The position numbers and the translations under genes were made by a program. Positions 12,421-25,450 of a DNA stretch of 64,000 nucleotides are shown in pieces; within the stretch, counting starts at the first letter, position 1; the number at the start of each line of letters is the position of its first letter. The DNA is taken from positions 2,663,880-2,727,879 of the forward strand of contig JAHRHZ010000066.1 in the NCBI GenBank assembly GCA_024137785.1, in the 5' to 3' direction. Source of the DNA: Ginglymostoma cirratum (lineage: Eukaryota). Below the pieces are notes generated by a model that saw only the letters and a program-made list of their open reading frames with translations, did not search any database and was not told the origin of the DNA.

Positions 12421-14479
12421 GAATCAGAAAGGATGTTATGCCTGTTTCAAATGCTGATGGTATTAAACCACACAATGTGTAAGCAACAGAACCACCTATA
12501 TTGTTTGAAAAAAAGACTTTGAAGCTGTGAAGATTATATGATGAGACAACCATGTTTCTGATCTCTTTTAATTTTCAGAGTTCTATCAAACTAATAACAG
12601 GTTATCAAGCAGCCCAGAAATTAACAGAAATATCTTGAAAGCAGGAAATCCCAACAGCAAGACTCCCCATAATCTGTTCCAACTTCAAGTTACCCAATTT
12701 CCTACAAATTTAACAAGAAACGTCACAGTCTGATGAGAACCATTTTCTTTGAAAGGATATTGCTTCACAATTAAAGCATTCCACTTCATTCAAGGAATCA
12801 GGCCTGCTACATGGAAGATGGAAATTTTAAATGAGAAACCAAGTTAACTATTATTTTTAACAGCATACTACCTTTCCATGTAAGCAGTGTGTGCATGTGC
12901 ATGTGGGAACCAATGTGTGAGGCACTGTGTTTAAAATTCAGAATCAGTGTGTACGAATAAATAACGTTCTTTACAGCCAGTTGGAAGTACAGAACTTGAG
13001 AATTCCTGAAAAGAATACACATTTTGTTGAAGCCTTTTGTCATACAGTAGATTTTCTGCTATTCTTACAAATTATCCTGAGGAGTGCAAGATGAAAAGCT
13101 TCAACAAAGTGCCTTTATTCTGCAAAGTCTCCATTATCTTACAGCCCACAAACACATACTTACTACTGTAAAAAATAATTAGAACACACACACATATGCT
13201 GAGATAAGAAAACTCACACCTCTTCCGTACATAGCATAATGATCACAAACTGTAAATGGGAACACATTAATTCAGTCCATCACACATGGCTCAAACAAAC
13301 CAGGAAATCATGTAGGAAGTGGATACTTGGCTGGAAAAATGGCTTTGACTGTCTTAATTTGCTTAATTATACAGTCTGCTTCAAGTTGTTTCAACTCCTG
13401 TGCCACTTCAGCAGAGATTGTAAATGGCATGTCTTAAATTTTGTGAAACTGGCAGAACTGACATGTCAACATGAGAAGCATGACAGTCCCTTTTTAATCA
13501 CCCAAGTCCTATAAATAAGGAAGATGGTACATTATCTGTACATCATTGATCATGTTAGTGGGGTCTTCAAGTTTGAAGCCAAGCTTAGTGACAAACTTTA
13601 CTCCACAAGGCTTTTGTCTTTGGTTACAACTTGAGTGTGGTGATATTTTTGTTGCACACTTTAACTGTAATCATTTCTAAAACTGGAATAATTAATTTGC
13701 TGTAGTCTTGAAGGCTGTAAATCACTGGAGTAACAAAAATTGGTCGAATTTCTTACTGATGAAAAGCTGAGATGCCTGTATTCCTTATTGAGCATTCCTT
13801 AAAGTGACCTGGTCCTTTAACATTCATAATGGTATACATTTGTCATTTCTCGCTGTCAGGAGGAAACTCCAAGTGTCAAATCCTGAAATAAAATGATCCC
13901 ACAACATGGGTTGATCTCCTGGTGAAGAAAGAGCAGATGCTGCAAGCAGTAAATTTAAATGAATTCTCCATCTTGTTGGTAAATGTTGCATTTTGTGCCT
14001 CAGAGGTAGGTAGAGATGACATAGTAAAGTTCTATGCCTACACAGCTTTATTTACAGGGTTTTAAAGTGTTCCCAGTTCCTCGTTTTCCTCCCTCTATTG
14101 CCACACCCAAGGTGGACCAACTGCATAGAGAACAATCAACAGACACACAAAATCAAACAGGGAATGACTGAAGCCAACAAGTCACCGCTTCTTGTTTCCA
14201 AGTACGGATCACTATGTTAATCCAGAGAGGTCAACTAAAATATTTATGTCTCCCATAGTATTTTAGAAACTGTGTTGTGGAACATGATGGCTTGCCATCC
14301 TAATGAGCACATAAACTGATCCCTGTTGAGGATTTTGTGACCTTTCCTGTAGCAATGTTTAAGTTTAAAAACAACTAAAAGACTCTCAAAGTCGAAAGTC
14401 AGGCTAAATAGGATGGCGGGGGAGGAACCAATAAAGAGAAATCTGGAGCACCAACGCTGATAGCTGGTGCAATCACAGG

Positions 14480-14885
14480 CTATCCCGTTTTCATCTGATT
14501 GCTGGTTGCCTTTGAGAAGGTGGTAGTGAGCTGCCAACTTGAATTGAAGCTGTCCATTCGTTTTCAGGTGCACCCACAATGTTTGGAGAAGGCAGGAACT
14601 GCAGATGCTGGAGTCAGAGATAACAGTGTGGAGCTGGAGGAACACAGCAGGTCAGGCAGCATCAGAGGAGCAGATAAGTCGATGGATCGGGTTCACACCC
14701 TTCATCAGCTCTGGTCATCAAGACTCTGACGCTGCCTGACCTGCTGTGTTCCTCCAAACTGTATTGGCACCCACAATGTTGTCAGGGGAGGGAGTTTCAG
14801 GATTTTGACCTAATGATGCTGAAGGAACGGTGATATATTTCCATGTCAGGATGGTGCATGTCTTGCAGAGGATCTTCCACCATAT
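14480..14885 (-). mobile_element. 3' fragment of the CR1/L2-group LINE, interrupted by a palindromic mini-element
   Basis: TTGAGAAGGTGGTAGTGAGCTGCC is the reverse complement of the block at about 8570-8600. Confidence 0.75.
14584..14766. mobile_element. Palindromic Penelope-like mini-element with 14-bp target-site duplication
   Basis: Perfect GCACCCACAATGTT at 14570-14583 and 14767-14780. Internal inverted repeat GGAGGAACACAGCAGGTCAGGCAGCATCAGAG / CTCTGACGCTGCCTGACCTGCTGTGTTCCTCC. CTGATGA box on the minus strand at 14702-14708. Confidence 0.8.
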
Positions 14886-15539
14886 TCCACATAATATACA
14901 TGCTTCAGCACAAGCTCCAATACAATTTATTTCTACTTAATTTAATACTTCAAGTCTAGAATTTATTGTACTGTACACAATACTTTGGGGATGAGTTAAG
15001 ATCTGCCCCCACTCTCTGGATCAAGCACCAAAGAAGTATTTCAGGATCCTTGTCACTGAAGTTTCTGCTCCCTCCTCCATTGAATCTGCCATCAAATCAA
15101 AGGCCAGCATCGCTGAAGACCTTGTTTGAATCTGGAATACTGGAACCAGCAAGCAGTTAACTCTTTCTGGGAGAGAGGACCAATGGGACAAGGGTGCTCA
15201 GGTGCAAGGGGAGGGCACTGACATTCGGCAGGAGATTTCCTGCTTCCAGACTTGGCAGGCACTTTGTCTGGTAATAGTCTGAGGCCCTTAGGTCTCTATT
15301 AATTGACCACTAAGGGTATTAATTGGTAACAGGTCTAGAAGGCCATTGCTAGATCTTCTTATTCAGAGCTTAATAGCTAAGTTGGAGGAATGGGGACCAC
15401 GCTAGGGTCAACTCTTTCAAGTCTTAAATATATTCAGTCATTGCATTGCTCGGCAATGGCTCTATTAAAGGAGGATGTTTGTAAAATGGGGTTATGTCAT
15501 GGGCCCTTGAAAAACCTCAATGCAATCGGACAGCATCAA

Positions 15540-15825
15540 TAACTTTGTGAAAGGGAAACTTATGCCTGGCCATCTTCTTACAATTCTTTGAGTGAGTAAT
15601 AAGCATTGTGGACAAAAATAAGTCTGTGGATGTGACGTACTTGGATTTTCAGAAGGCATTTGATGGTAGATGTAAGAAATGCTGGATGTGTCCAAGTACA
15701 ACATTCAAAAGGCTTCTGGAAGGGTTTAAGAGGGATATGAGCCAAATGCTGGCAACTGGAACCAGATATCTGTTTGGCATGACAAGTTGGACCGAAGGTC
15801 TGCTTCCACGCTATACATCTCTCTG
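15540..15825 (+). mobile_element. CR1 LINE remnant (RT piece fused to 3' end)
   Basis: VDVTYLDFQKAFD in ORF 15608..15826, joined directly to CR1 3' UTR-like sequence. Confidence 0.8.
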
Positions 15826-16649
15826 ACTCGATTTCCCCTTCCCGCCATCTTCCGGGAGGGAAAAAAAAATCATGCCTTAATTTTCTCCCCAGCATCTTGT
15901 TTTCTCTGAAAACGTAGCTGTTTTCTTGAAAAATACCTATTGAGTAGTTTGGGGCTTATGGCTACCTTCTGGTATTGCCATCCTTTACAGCAAGCCACCT
16001 CCTCCTCAATCACTTACATTCCTGACCTATTTACAGAGAACATTCTGTTAGTTACACTAAACGTTGTGTGAAATGTTTGTGACAAATATACAATCACAGA
16101 TTTTCCAGGATGCACTTGCTCTACAAATTCCCGACTCCCTTGGTGTATAGAATTGCCAAATAGTTTCTTTCCTAGTCATCAAATATTTGTTCATTCCTTG
16201 CTTTGCTACTCTCTTTTCTGCAACAAAAATCTGAGAATGACTTCACTAAGGGAATGATTAAGTTATAGAAAATGGTTTAAAATATTCCCAGTAAAACATC
16301 ATACATACATATTCTTCAACTAATTAACCCTGCTGATGAACCCATTTAGCTCCCCTCCCTTTACAGCCACAATGGTGTATTTTGTTCGTGATTCTTTCCA
16401 AACATCCCGTTCTATTTTAAGCTCGGAGTCTAGCCAGGCTGCAGTGAGATCTTTGTAATTGTATCATGTCGTACCATGCAGCTGGATTTATGCATACGGT
16501 TCCTCAATTCTTTTTTTGAACACCCTTTCATCTGATAAAGTGAATACTGACAGCTAATTTATAGGAGAATGAGTAAATTACTGATAAAAGGGTTATCAAA
16601 TTGAAATAGTTTTTGACAGTATGAGGAGACAGATTAGAATATATACCTT

Positions 16650-16978
16650 AAAGCTCTGTCACAGGAGTAGTTCAGGCAGAGACTTTATTTAAGGGACTAG
16701 AAGATAGATGTTTGTAGGAAATGAGGATTCTGAGTTGAAGGAGAGGAAGCAGGGCAGTGGCATTAGTTTCCAATTGCATTAGCAAAAAGCCAGCGCACAC
16801 AGAGGGGTGGACTCTTGTGGCATAGAGTTAATGTCCCTATCTCTATACAAGAAGGTCTGGGTTCAAGTTCCACCTGCTCCAGAACTGTGTCACAATATAT
16901 CCAAACAGGTTAGATTAAACATATCAACACACAATAGGACTGCATAGTCTCCTTCTGCTCTTATGAGTTTCTATTCTC
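16650..16978 (+). mobile_element. Old CR1 3' end with a short tRNA-derived SINE nested at about 16809-16922
   Basis: CR1-like LSQE*VQAE.F remnant and tail. Insert has B-box GGGTTCAAGTTCC and matches elements at 36.3 and 63.0 kb. Confidence 0.55.
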
Positions 16979-17631
16979 TCAGCATCCCTCAGTATAAGGC
17001 TTAAACCCCATCCATACTATCTATATAGATTTATCCATCTTCCTAGTGATAAATTAATAGATGGAGGTTCAGTTATGGTGTTTGAGAGTGTGTTAAAGCA
17101 TCTCAGCCATGCAAATGTTTTATTACAGCAACTATTAGGCCATTCCATTTGATATGTGACGCTGAAGATGCAGCAGAGTTTCTGCTCTTGGTCACTATCC
17201 AATGGCTTCTGCTATGATGTATAATACCTTTTAGATGCTGAGTGAGAGCATTACTGGGCTTGACTGTGTAGTCTTCCATGGTACAATAACTGTTCATCAC
17301 TGGCACCCAACTATTAAAAAAATACTATTGAGACACCCGATCTACAAAAGACATCTAAACAGATGTTGACACCTTTCAGAGAATTGGTAGAGCAGGTAGA
17401 AATTAGGAAGGTTCTCCAAACAGCTTTAACTGGTCAAATGTCCTGTTGTTCGCACAGACAGCTTGTTCTCAGTCCAAGTATTAAAACTGATGATAAAATA
17501 AGCACCTTCCATTTCATCGTTTGTTCGTGTTCTTTTTAAGTCACTCACTCTGTGAAATGCCAATGAAGAGAGCAAAGAATATTAACACAAGCTTACGGCA
17601 CAGTTAGACTGAGAACACTTCAGTTTGATTT

Positions 17632-17637
17632 TTTAAT
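17632..17637 (-). terminator. Candidate distal poly(A) signal ATTAAA
   Basis: Variant hexamer preceded by UGUA and followed by GU-rich sequence (GTGTTCTC...GTGCCGT...TTGTGTT). Confidence 0.45.
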
Positions 17638-18289
17638 AACATGGCACAATTTACATAACACAAGTTTTGTTTATGAAGCACATGCCAAAGATTCAGAGTC
17701 GCTTCACTTTACAATAGGATCTGTAAAGGACTTCATTACGTACATGGTAAACAGCATATCTGCAAATGAAAATCTATAGGCAATATTGAGTTCTAGCACT
17801 ACTGATCCAGTGTACATTATTTTTTGTTCCTCAAAAACACTGCACAACATCAGGAGTTCACAAATTTGAAGCGCACAACTAAACCTTCAGGTGACTACTA
17901 AAATAGATCTCTGCTCATAAGAAACAACTGTCATAGATAGAATTTTTTCAAAACAGAATAAACAACTTCAGATAGCACTTTAATACACTATTAGACCAAC
18001 AGAACTAATTTTACTTCATCAACATAGTTTACAATCCTCAGACACAATGTAATGTGCTAGACTTGCAGTTAAGTGAATTGTGTGTTGAAAAGGCTCCGTT
18101 GAGGAATGCAGACTTTTGGATGAAAAGCCAGGGCATTCACCTGCTTGCATAGTTGGGAATATCTGTACAGCCACAAAAAAAAAAGTTATCTAACACAGCA
18201 CAAGCAGACTGTGTTAACAGATAATTAATCTCCCAATAGCACGCTTTGTCCAACACTTCTGAATCAGCTGTTATACAGCTGCCCTTAAA

Positions 18290-18295
18290 TTTATT
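18290..18295 (-). terminator. Candidate proximal poly(A) signal AATAAA
   Basis: Minus strand reads CCATGTACAAATGTAAATAAATTT: canonical hexamer with two UGUA (CFIm) elements immediately upstream. Confidence 0.5.
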
Positions 18296-18809
18296 TACAT
18301 TTGTACATGGTAAAGCTTTTTTGTCTCTTCCTTTTTGCATATATGTATCAAGTCCTATCCAACCAAGGAACTACCTTTATACACAATTGTCTATACAGCC
18401 TGATACCTTCACTCCAAGTCTTAACCATAATACTTCAAAGACAATTCAGCTCTCCTCTGGTTGCCTCATTTACCACATACCCAAATTCTTGATAAATATA
18501 GCAATTACTCTTTTTAGCTTGCTCTTTCTTCACAACACATTTTTTTAATATATATACTACAAATAAAATTAACAGGAAAGAAGGAACAAATTGACATTAA
18601 ACATTTTGCAAAATTTAAACTTAAAATGTACAAAAACTGTATTTCCTGCAAAGTATTTTTTACATTTTTATGGTGACGAAGGCCACACCCACTGAATACG
18701 GTCCACTGAAGTCCAATGCTTCATTTGGTGGGTTCTCACGCTACAAAAGTTGCCTTTACTGACAGGGTGTCTTTAATAAGTTAGGTCGGTTGATATTTTC
18801 ACGTTTGCA

Positions 18810-20040
18810 TTATCGTGCTTCAATGTCTTTGTGTGTGTGAGAAGGTGGCCTGTCCCGTGTCTCTGTGTTAGTCAAGGGAGTAGTCCTTCTTGGAGAACCA
18901 GCACGTGCTCCGCCTGTCGGTATGAGGGGGGGAGGGGCACTCAGCGCTGCTGTGGGAGGAGTCTTATTAAGGATGCCATTTTGATGTGCTGCTGAGGGGC
19001 TCACTCTGGGATAGTGCATGCTGGGAAGACCAGGTGTCAAGAGGCTTGGATGAGGCATGTGACCATCCAGGGTTGCTGCGTGAATGGGATGCAGGCGGGC
19101 ATGCTCATAGTCATCTCTAAGCATGTTCAATCTTTCACGCTCTTCTAAGTGGCTCATTCTCTCGTGTTCACGCCTAGGGTCCATTGCTAATGGATGATCA
19201 CGGCTGTAGTCATGGGGCTCCCTGTCCCTGTACGAACGTTCTGTCTCATAAAACCTCGGTGCTGACAGTCGTTGCAAGGGATCACTTCTTAACAAGAAAT
19301 CTCTGGCTAGAGGATCTCTCCGATGAATGTCCAACCCCCTATAGGGATCTCTCAAAGGATCCCTCATTGGATCCCAGTGGAAAGGGGGATAGGGAAAGCG
19401 CTCACTTCCTGGTATTGGACTGATCCCCATAAAAGGAGCTACCATCCGTGTCCTGTCCAATGCATTAATGCTATTCATGGGATGCACCCCACTCATGGCC
19501 ATAGCCATAGGCATAGAGGTCATCGAGGGGCTAGGATGGACATTGGGCAACGAGGTGGGTTGAGAATGCTCAGAGGACCTTTGAGTCTGAATCACGTCAG
19601 AAATAATATCATTGTCTTCTTTCCGTTCCTCCTTCACTTTAACCTCGTTGGCCTTTTTCTGGTGGTCATATGAAGACTCACTTTTCCTATCAACCTCTCG
19701 GGTGGCAATGCTGCTGGATCTCGTGTTGTCTGTGCTCGGTAGCCTGATGTAGGGTGAATTAACTCGATTCATATGCTTGCTGGAATCTTCCACAATCCTG
19801 CTTTCTAATCCCAGGCTTTCCTTCTCAAGAGCGTGATTTTCCTTAACTTTGTGCTCATCAACAGATGAGTCCTTCCAAATATCTGTGAGATCCCGTTCCC
19901 GTGGCTTTTCTTTATCTCGCAGTTCGCTATTTACATGATTTCTGTTGTGCTCATTGGAACTGCGATTGTGTCCCAAAGAATTTACTTGATTTACAGAAGG
20001 TGATGATGCATGAGTGGAGTGTCGCTTCTCAATACTATCC
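18810..20040 (-). CDS. AUTS2: AUTS2 terminal coding exon (exon 19 equivalent), (R)DSIEKRH...[12 protein letters not shown]
   Basis: CAG acceptor at 20041-20043, phase 2; open to TAA at 18810-18812. Contains the 388-aa [34 protein letters not shown] and [15 protein letters not shown] motifs and the KDIEAR terminus match AUTS2. Confidence 0.96.
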
Positions 20041-23000
20041 CTGTGGATACATACAAAAATATAGAAACAAGATTTAGTTCCAAAATCTTATTTTTTTCCA
20101 CCTCCAGTCCTTGCCTTAAAATCTCATTTGCAACAGCCTAAAGATTTAAGAACATTTTTCAAAACGAAGCCCTAATTAATAATTTTAATATCCTACCTCA
20201 GCAATCATGTCAACGTTATCAAGGTAAACTACAAAGGTGGGGGAGTGGAGGTTGTGGTCCTTGTGAAGGACTGCACAGGGCTATCTGGATCATGTGAGAA
20301 CCAATGAAGTCTCTTTTGCATTCTAGTTTCATAGGAAATGTAGCTCTATTATAAAATAGCTATTTTGAACGAGTATCCAATAGTGAGGGCAATCCACTTA
20401 TGAAAAGTTAAGGAACAGGTTGGTGTAATACGTATTTTGCACGCACGTTAAAATTCGTAGACTTTGAGGCACACAAAATTGAAAAGACAGAAGATGCTTT
20501 TCAATAATATTTGTTTAGCCATAACAAAATTCTTTATCTTTCATTGTATTTCAATGTTGCAAATTATTTGTGACTGAGCTGAATGAATGGGGAAGGACAT
20601 TCTTTCCTGTATCTCAATATCTTAAACACTCAAAGGGGGATAGGGAATCTAGAATCTTTAAATCTGGTTAAATAGGGAATATCTGTGTAATGTCTAACAT
20701 TTGAATCCACCAATCCCACATATTGTGCGTCAGTGATTTTTGTTGGTACATGGTGCTAGTTAGGATACAAAACCTACTTGGGATCATCTTGATATGTTTA
20801 TCACGATTTTTTTGTTCGGATGAATAAGTCATTAATCCTTATTGAGTCAAGAAATCCTTTTTTACAAGGAGGTTTGAATTTGTGTGTTCCCAATTAACTA
20901 AAGATGGTTTGAAAGTTTCCTTAAAAGGTGGCAGTATGCAATAATTCTCACCTTCTGTTAAGTATATTTTTATTGGCTTCCAATCTTTGAACCCGATAGA
21001 TTTAACCAAACAGCTGATTGGAATCAAAAAGGTTTCCCACTTTTCCGTGCAATGACACAATTAATTTCAGCCTAATATAGGGCAATAGTTCTCAGTATAG
21101 TGCAATGGAGTATCCCATAAAAGTTTAAGTGTGTAATGTCGTAGAATGAAGTGAATACATTCATGTGATGTGAGACCCTGGCATAGCAAAAAGCAAGCAT
21201 GCTTTTAAAGCAATGTTCTCTAGAAACTGCACAGTGTTTTATAGCCAGCAATGTTTGAGAATTATTGGAACCACTCCAGCCCAACAAACCAATAATATAC
21301 TCAGTACTTGATTTGGTTAAAACAGAGCATAAACACTAGAGATAAATTTTGATCTCTTGTGTTGACTAATTTGTTTGTAGCGACTATATTAAGGGGTCAG
21401 AACTGTTGCTGGTAATGTTTAAAGTAAAGGATAGGTACCTAAGAAAGAATTAAATGCATCTGCAGTATGTGCAATTTTTAATTCCACTAGGGAGTGCTAC
21501 ATTGCCTGAATGATGAAAACTGCTTGCTTCTCAAGACCCACCACTATGAACTTTAAGTGGTGTCAGATTTCCAATTTTGTGCAAAATAACCCAATTTGGC
21601 AAAACTCTGACTTGGTACTAACTACTTTTCCACTCTGGATAACACAAAACTTCAGGATTGCATTTGTTTCCTGTAGAGGTCCTCACAGAGGTCAGAGAAC
21701 ATGTTACTCGTGATTTAGAATGTCCGATCATGATAAAAATCATCACAAAAAATCAAGTAGCCACGAAATCCCAGTGAATGTTTAGACAATTTTGTTCTTT
21801 TCTAACACAGTGAAGCATTTTAAGACTGTATTTTTCAAGTTATACTTTACTTAAAAAGGTCAGAAGTTTCATGGGAATTTTATGAGCTTTAGATGAACCT
21901 TGTGTGAGAATTAGCCTATCAAAACTTTTAAAAATCACATGTTGAGAGCTCATTAGGTCCAAGGTATCTCCCTGATGTTACATTTTCGTAAAATAATGCT
22001 ACTGCTGCTGGGTAGTTTGGTCCTCCGATTCACAGCTCTAAAATGTTGTTGGACATGGATATGTACCCACTTGCCCATTAAGTGAGGAGGCTCAGCAGGA
22101 AATAGAGAGAAAAGGAAAGCTGAAATGCAGAGCTATTCTGAGGGTCTTATACAACTCCAGCAGCAGCGTGATGGAAACTACAGCACTGCAAGCAGCCTAT
22201 CCTGCAAGCCAGTGATAATATTTGGTGCAGGGAAGGAGGCTCTGGACAATAAAAGGGAAGAAAGTTAAAATATCTTGCTCACTAAGTTAGGAAAAACAGC
22301 CTTGTGTTATTCAAAGCTACATCAGCCACTATAGTGGTAAAATAATACAGTATTCATTTAAAGTAAGAGTAACAAGCCAACATGACAAGATACTGAACAT
22401 ATTTAAGTACCACAAGGTGCAACAAGCAAATGATAGACCATGACAAGCAGGAATTTGCTGAAGCATGCTATAGTTCGCCAGCTCATAGATTACACCTCAC
22501 CAACTGCATATTGTTTTAATCAGTGACCATATTGAAAATGATGAGGAAGTCACAGCCTTAATATCCCCAAGTTGTTGACTTTGATCGAACTTGGAATTTT
22601 CTTTAGTTAAGTTAGTTAACCCTTTCCAGCCAAAGATAAACCATGCCTCCTAAAAAATCTCTCATCCCTCTCTCATTATCTTTCTCATGTTCCTTTATTT
22701 TACTGCCATCACAATGGTCAATTATCATTTGGTATTTTCTCTATCGGAGTCATTTTAACGTAACCCACCAATCAGGGAGCTGACATGATCGGTTTCTCGA
22801 ACCTTTTTTAAACTTTCTGTTGGAGTCAATGAAAACTAAAATCAAGCAGTGTGTAGAATAGGTGATTGTTTTAATTGTAGTGGTGGGTTGGGTTAAAGTT
22901 ACCTTTCTTACTCTGGTGAGTTCCAAGTCCAATGCCCTACCAGCTCCTCCACTCCTCTGCATCCTGACTTTAAGGAAATATGATCTTCTCTCTGCTCGTC

Positions 23001-23319
23001 CTTGCCCTGACCTTCAAACACTGATAACCTTTTAAAAAGTTAGTCCAATATCTAGTCATTCTTCTTGATAATGAAAACCACCAAGGAAATAGGCCCAAAT
23101 GGAGTGGACTAAGTTATTCACAGTAGAAAGCACGGGACATTTAGAACATTAAATGGCTTAAGACCATCTTTGTGGTTACTAAAATCATCTCATAATGTTT
23201 GTGCATTAGAGCTATGTCTTGTTTATTATGTAGGTGCCCACTGAAACACAGCAGCAAGAACTGCAATCCGATATTTTACAGATACTGGACATAAATAAGA
23301 GATGTTTATATGTTAGTGT

Positions 23320-25450
23320 AATAGAATTTCACAGCATAGAAAGATGCATTTCAGCTCATCAAATCCACACTGGTTGTCAAGCACCTTTCTACTCTAGTCC
23401 CATTTTTTAGTACTTGGTCCAAAGTCAGGTTCAGTACTATGCTATGGTGTTTCTAGTGGTCATTTAAACACCTCCTTAAATGTTTGATGCTACCCTTAAC
23501 TTCTTGACCAGTCTCCAATGCAAGATCTTGTCAGATACCTTACTGAAGTCCATGTAGACTACATCCATTGTACTACCTTCATCCACATAACTCGTCACCC
23601 CTGGAAAACAACTTGTCAAACATGATGTCACTTGACAAAGCTATGCTGAGTAACCTGGATTAATCCTTATATCTCAAAGTGAAGATTAGTTCTAACCCTC
23701 ATAATTCTTTCCAATAGTTTCCCTGTCAATGATGTTAGACCTGATGGCCCTGGTTTATCCACAAGACCATAAAATTATTTGACCCCTTCAGCCTGTCCGC
23801 CATTCAATAGGATCATGGATGATCCAACATTCCTCACATCCACTTTCCTGCCCCCTCCCCATAATGCTTGAATCCCCTACTGATCAAGAATCTACGTCAG
23901 CCTTAAATCTACACAAGAACCCCATCTGCCACAGCTCTCCCTGCCACAGGGTTCCAAAGACCTACCACCCTCTGAGAGGAGAAATTTCTTTTTGTGGGGA
24001 ATTTAAACTAGCACCACTTTATTCTGAGACTATGCCATCTGGTCCTCGACTCTCCACGAGGGGAAATATTCTCTTGGCATTCACCCTGTCAAGCTCTGTA
24101 ATATTCTTATATATCTCAATGAGATTATCTCTCATTCTTCTCAATCCTTCTCTGCTCCAATGAGTAGAGTCCCAAACCGTTTATCCTTTGCTCATAAGTC
24201 AATTGTCCAAGTGAACCTTCTTGAACTGCCTGCAATGAAATCATTTTTTTCTTAAATAAGCAGACCAAAACTGCTCATAGTACTCCAGATATGGTCCCAC
24301 CAGCACTTTGTACAGTTAAAGTAAGACTTCCTTACTCTTATACACCAAACTCCCTGATTGTCTGCTGTACCTGTGTGCTAGCTTTCTGTGTTTCATGCAC
24401 AAGCCCCCTAGTCCTTTGTGTTGCAGCTTCCTGTAGATTTTCTCCCTTTAAATAAATAACGTATCTATCCCTTAAATAATACTCTGTTCTTTTGTCATTC
24501 CTTCCAAAAGAACAACTTTATATCTTCCCACATTATATTCCACACTCAGCGGACTTACTTACCAATATCTCTTTAAGCTGCTTGTACCCCTCTCACGACC
24601 TGCCTATCTGGCTACAGTACATTCATTTGCCTCTTCCATGTCATTAATACACATTGTAAACAATTGCAGTCCCAGCACTGATCCCTGTTGAAACCCATTG
24701 GTTATGGATTGCCAACCTGAAAATGAACCCCTTATCCCCGCTTCCTGTTGCCTGACCACGAGCCAATTTTCTATCCACGCCAATACACTAACTACAACAC
24801 TTTGGGCTCCTCTCTTATGATTTAACCTTTTTTTGAGGTACCTTGTTGAACACCTTCTGGAAGTCTCTGTCACCTTCTTTATTGATGATGCCATATTAGC
24901 TGTTCTGCAGTCATCTAGCACCTCTCCTCTGTCCAGAGAGGATTTGAAAATTAACATAAGGAAAACTGCAATCTCTTACCGTGCCTCCCACAGAGGTCCA
25001 GCATACATTTCATCTGGGTATTCATTCAATTTCAAGCCTGCCCCCCTATAACTCCTCCGTCTCAACTGTAATTTGCTATGGTATATCACAGTTCTCCTTT
25101 CAGATTTCTACACCTATATGGGTCTTCGCTATTGTGAACACAGACGTAAAATTCTCATTTAAAACCTCACCTATGTCTTATTTCTTCACCAGTTTGCCAC
25201 TTTGTTCCCTCATGGGACCTATCCTTTCCTGAGGTATCCTCTGGGTCCTAATATACTTCTAAAATGCGTTCTGGATTTTATTTTACCCATCGATGTTTAT
25301 TCAGCCCCTCATCATTTTCTTCATTTCTTTTGTAAGTAACCCCCTGTAATTAAGCCTCTAAGTCTTCTGGTATTCTGAAGCTCAGGTATGTATCGTAGAC
25401 TTTCCTTATTTACTTGATTAAAATCCATTTCATTCCTCAATATCCAATGT
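23320..25450 (-). mobile_element. Two adjacent or nested CR1 LINE fragments (3' ends at about 23320 and 23762)
   Basis: ORF 24604..24957 has GEVLDDCRTAN and SGWQSITNGFQQGSVLGLQLF RT motifs. Reverse-complement CR1 tails are present at both 3' ends. Confidence 0.85.

Larger units (their letters stand above)
17612..18809 (-). other. AUTS2: AUTS2 3' UTR (distal end uncertain)
   Basis: Repeat-free, U/GU-rich on the minus strand directly after the stop. Ends inferred from poly(A) hexamers at 18290-18295 and 17632-17637. Confidence 0.6.

Noticed and set aside
19184-19673. Plus-strand ORFs of 79 and 116 aa
   Set aside because: Antisense shadows of the AUTS2 last exon.
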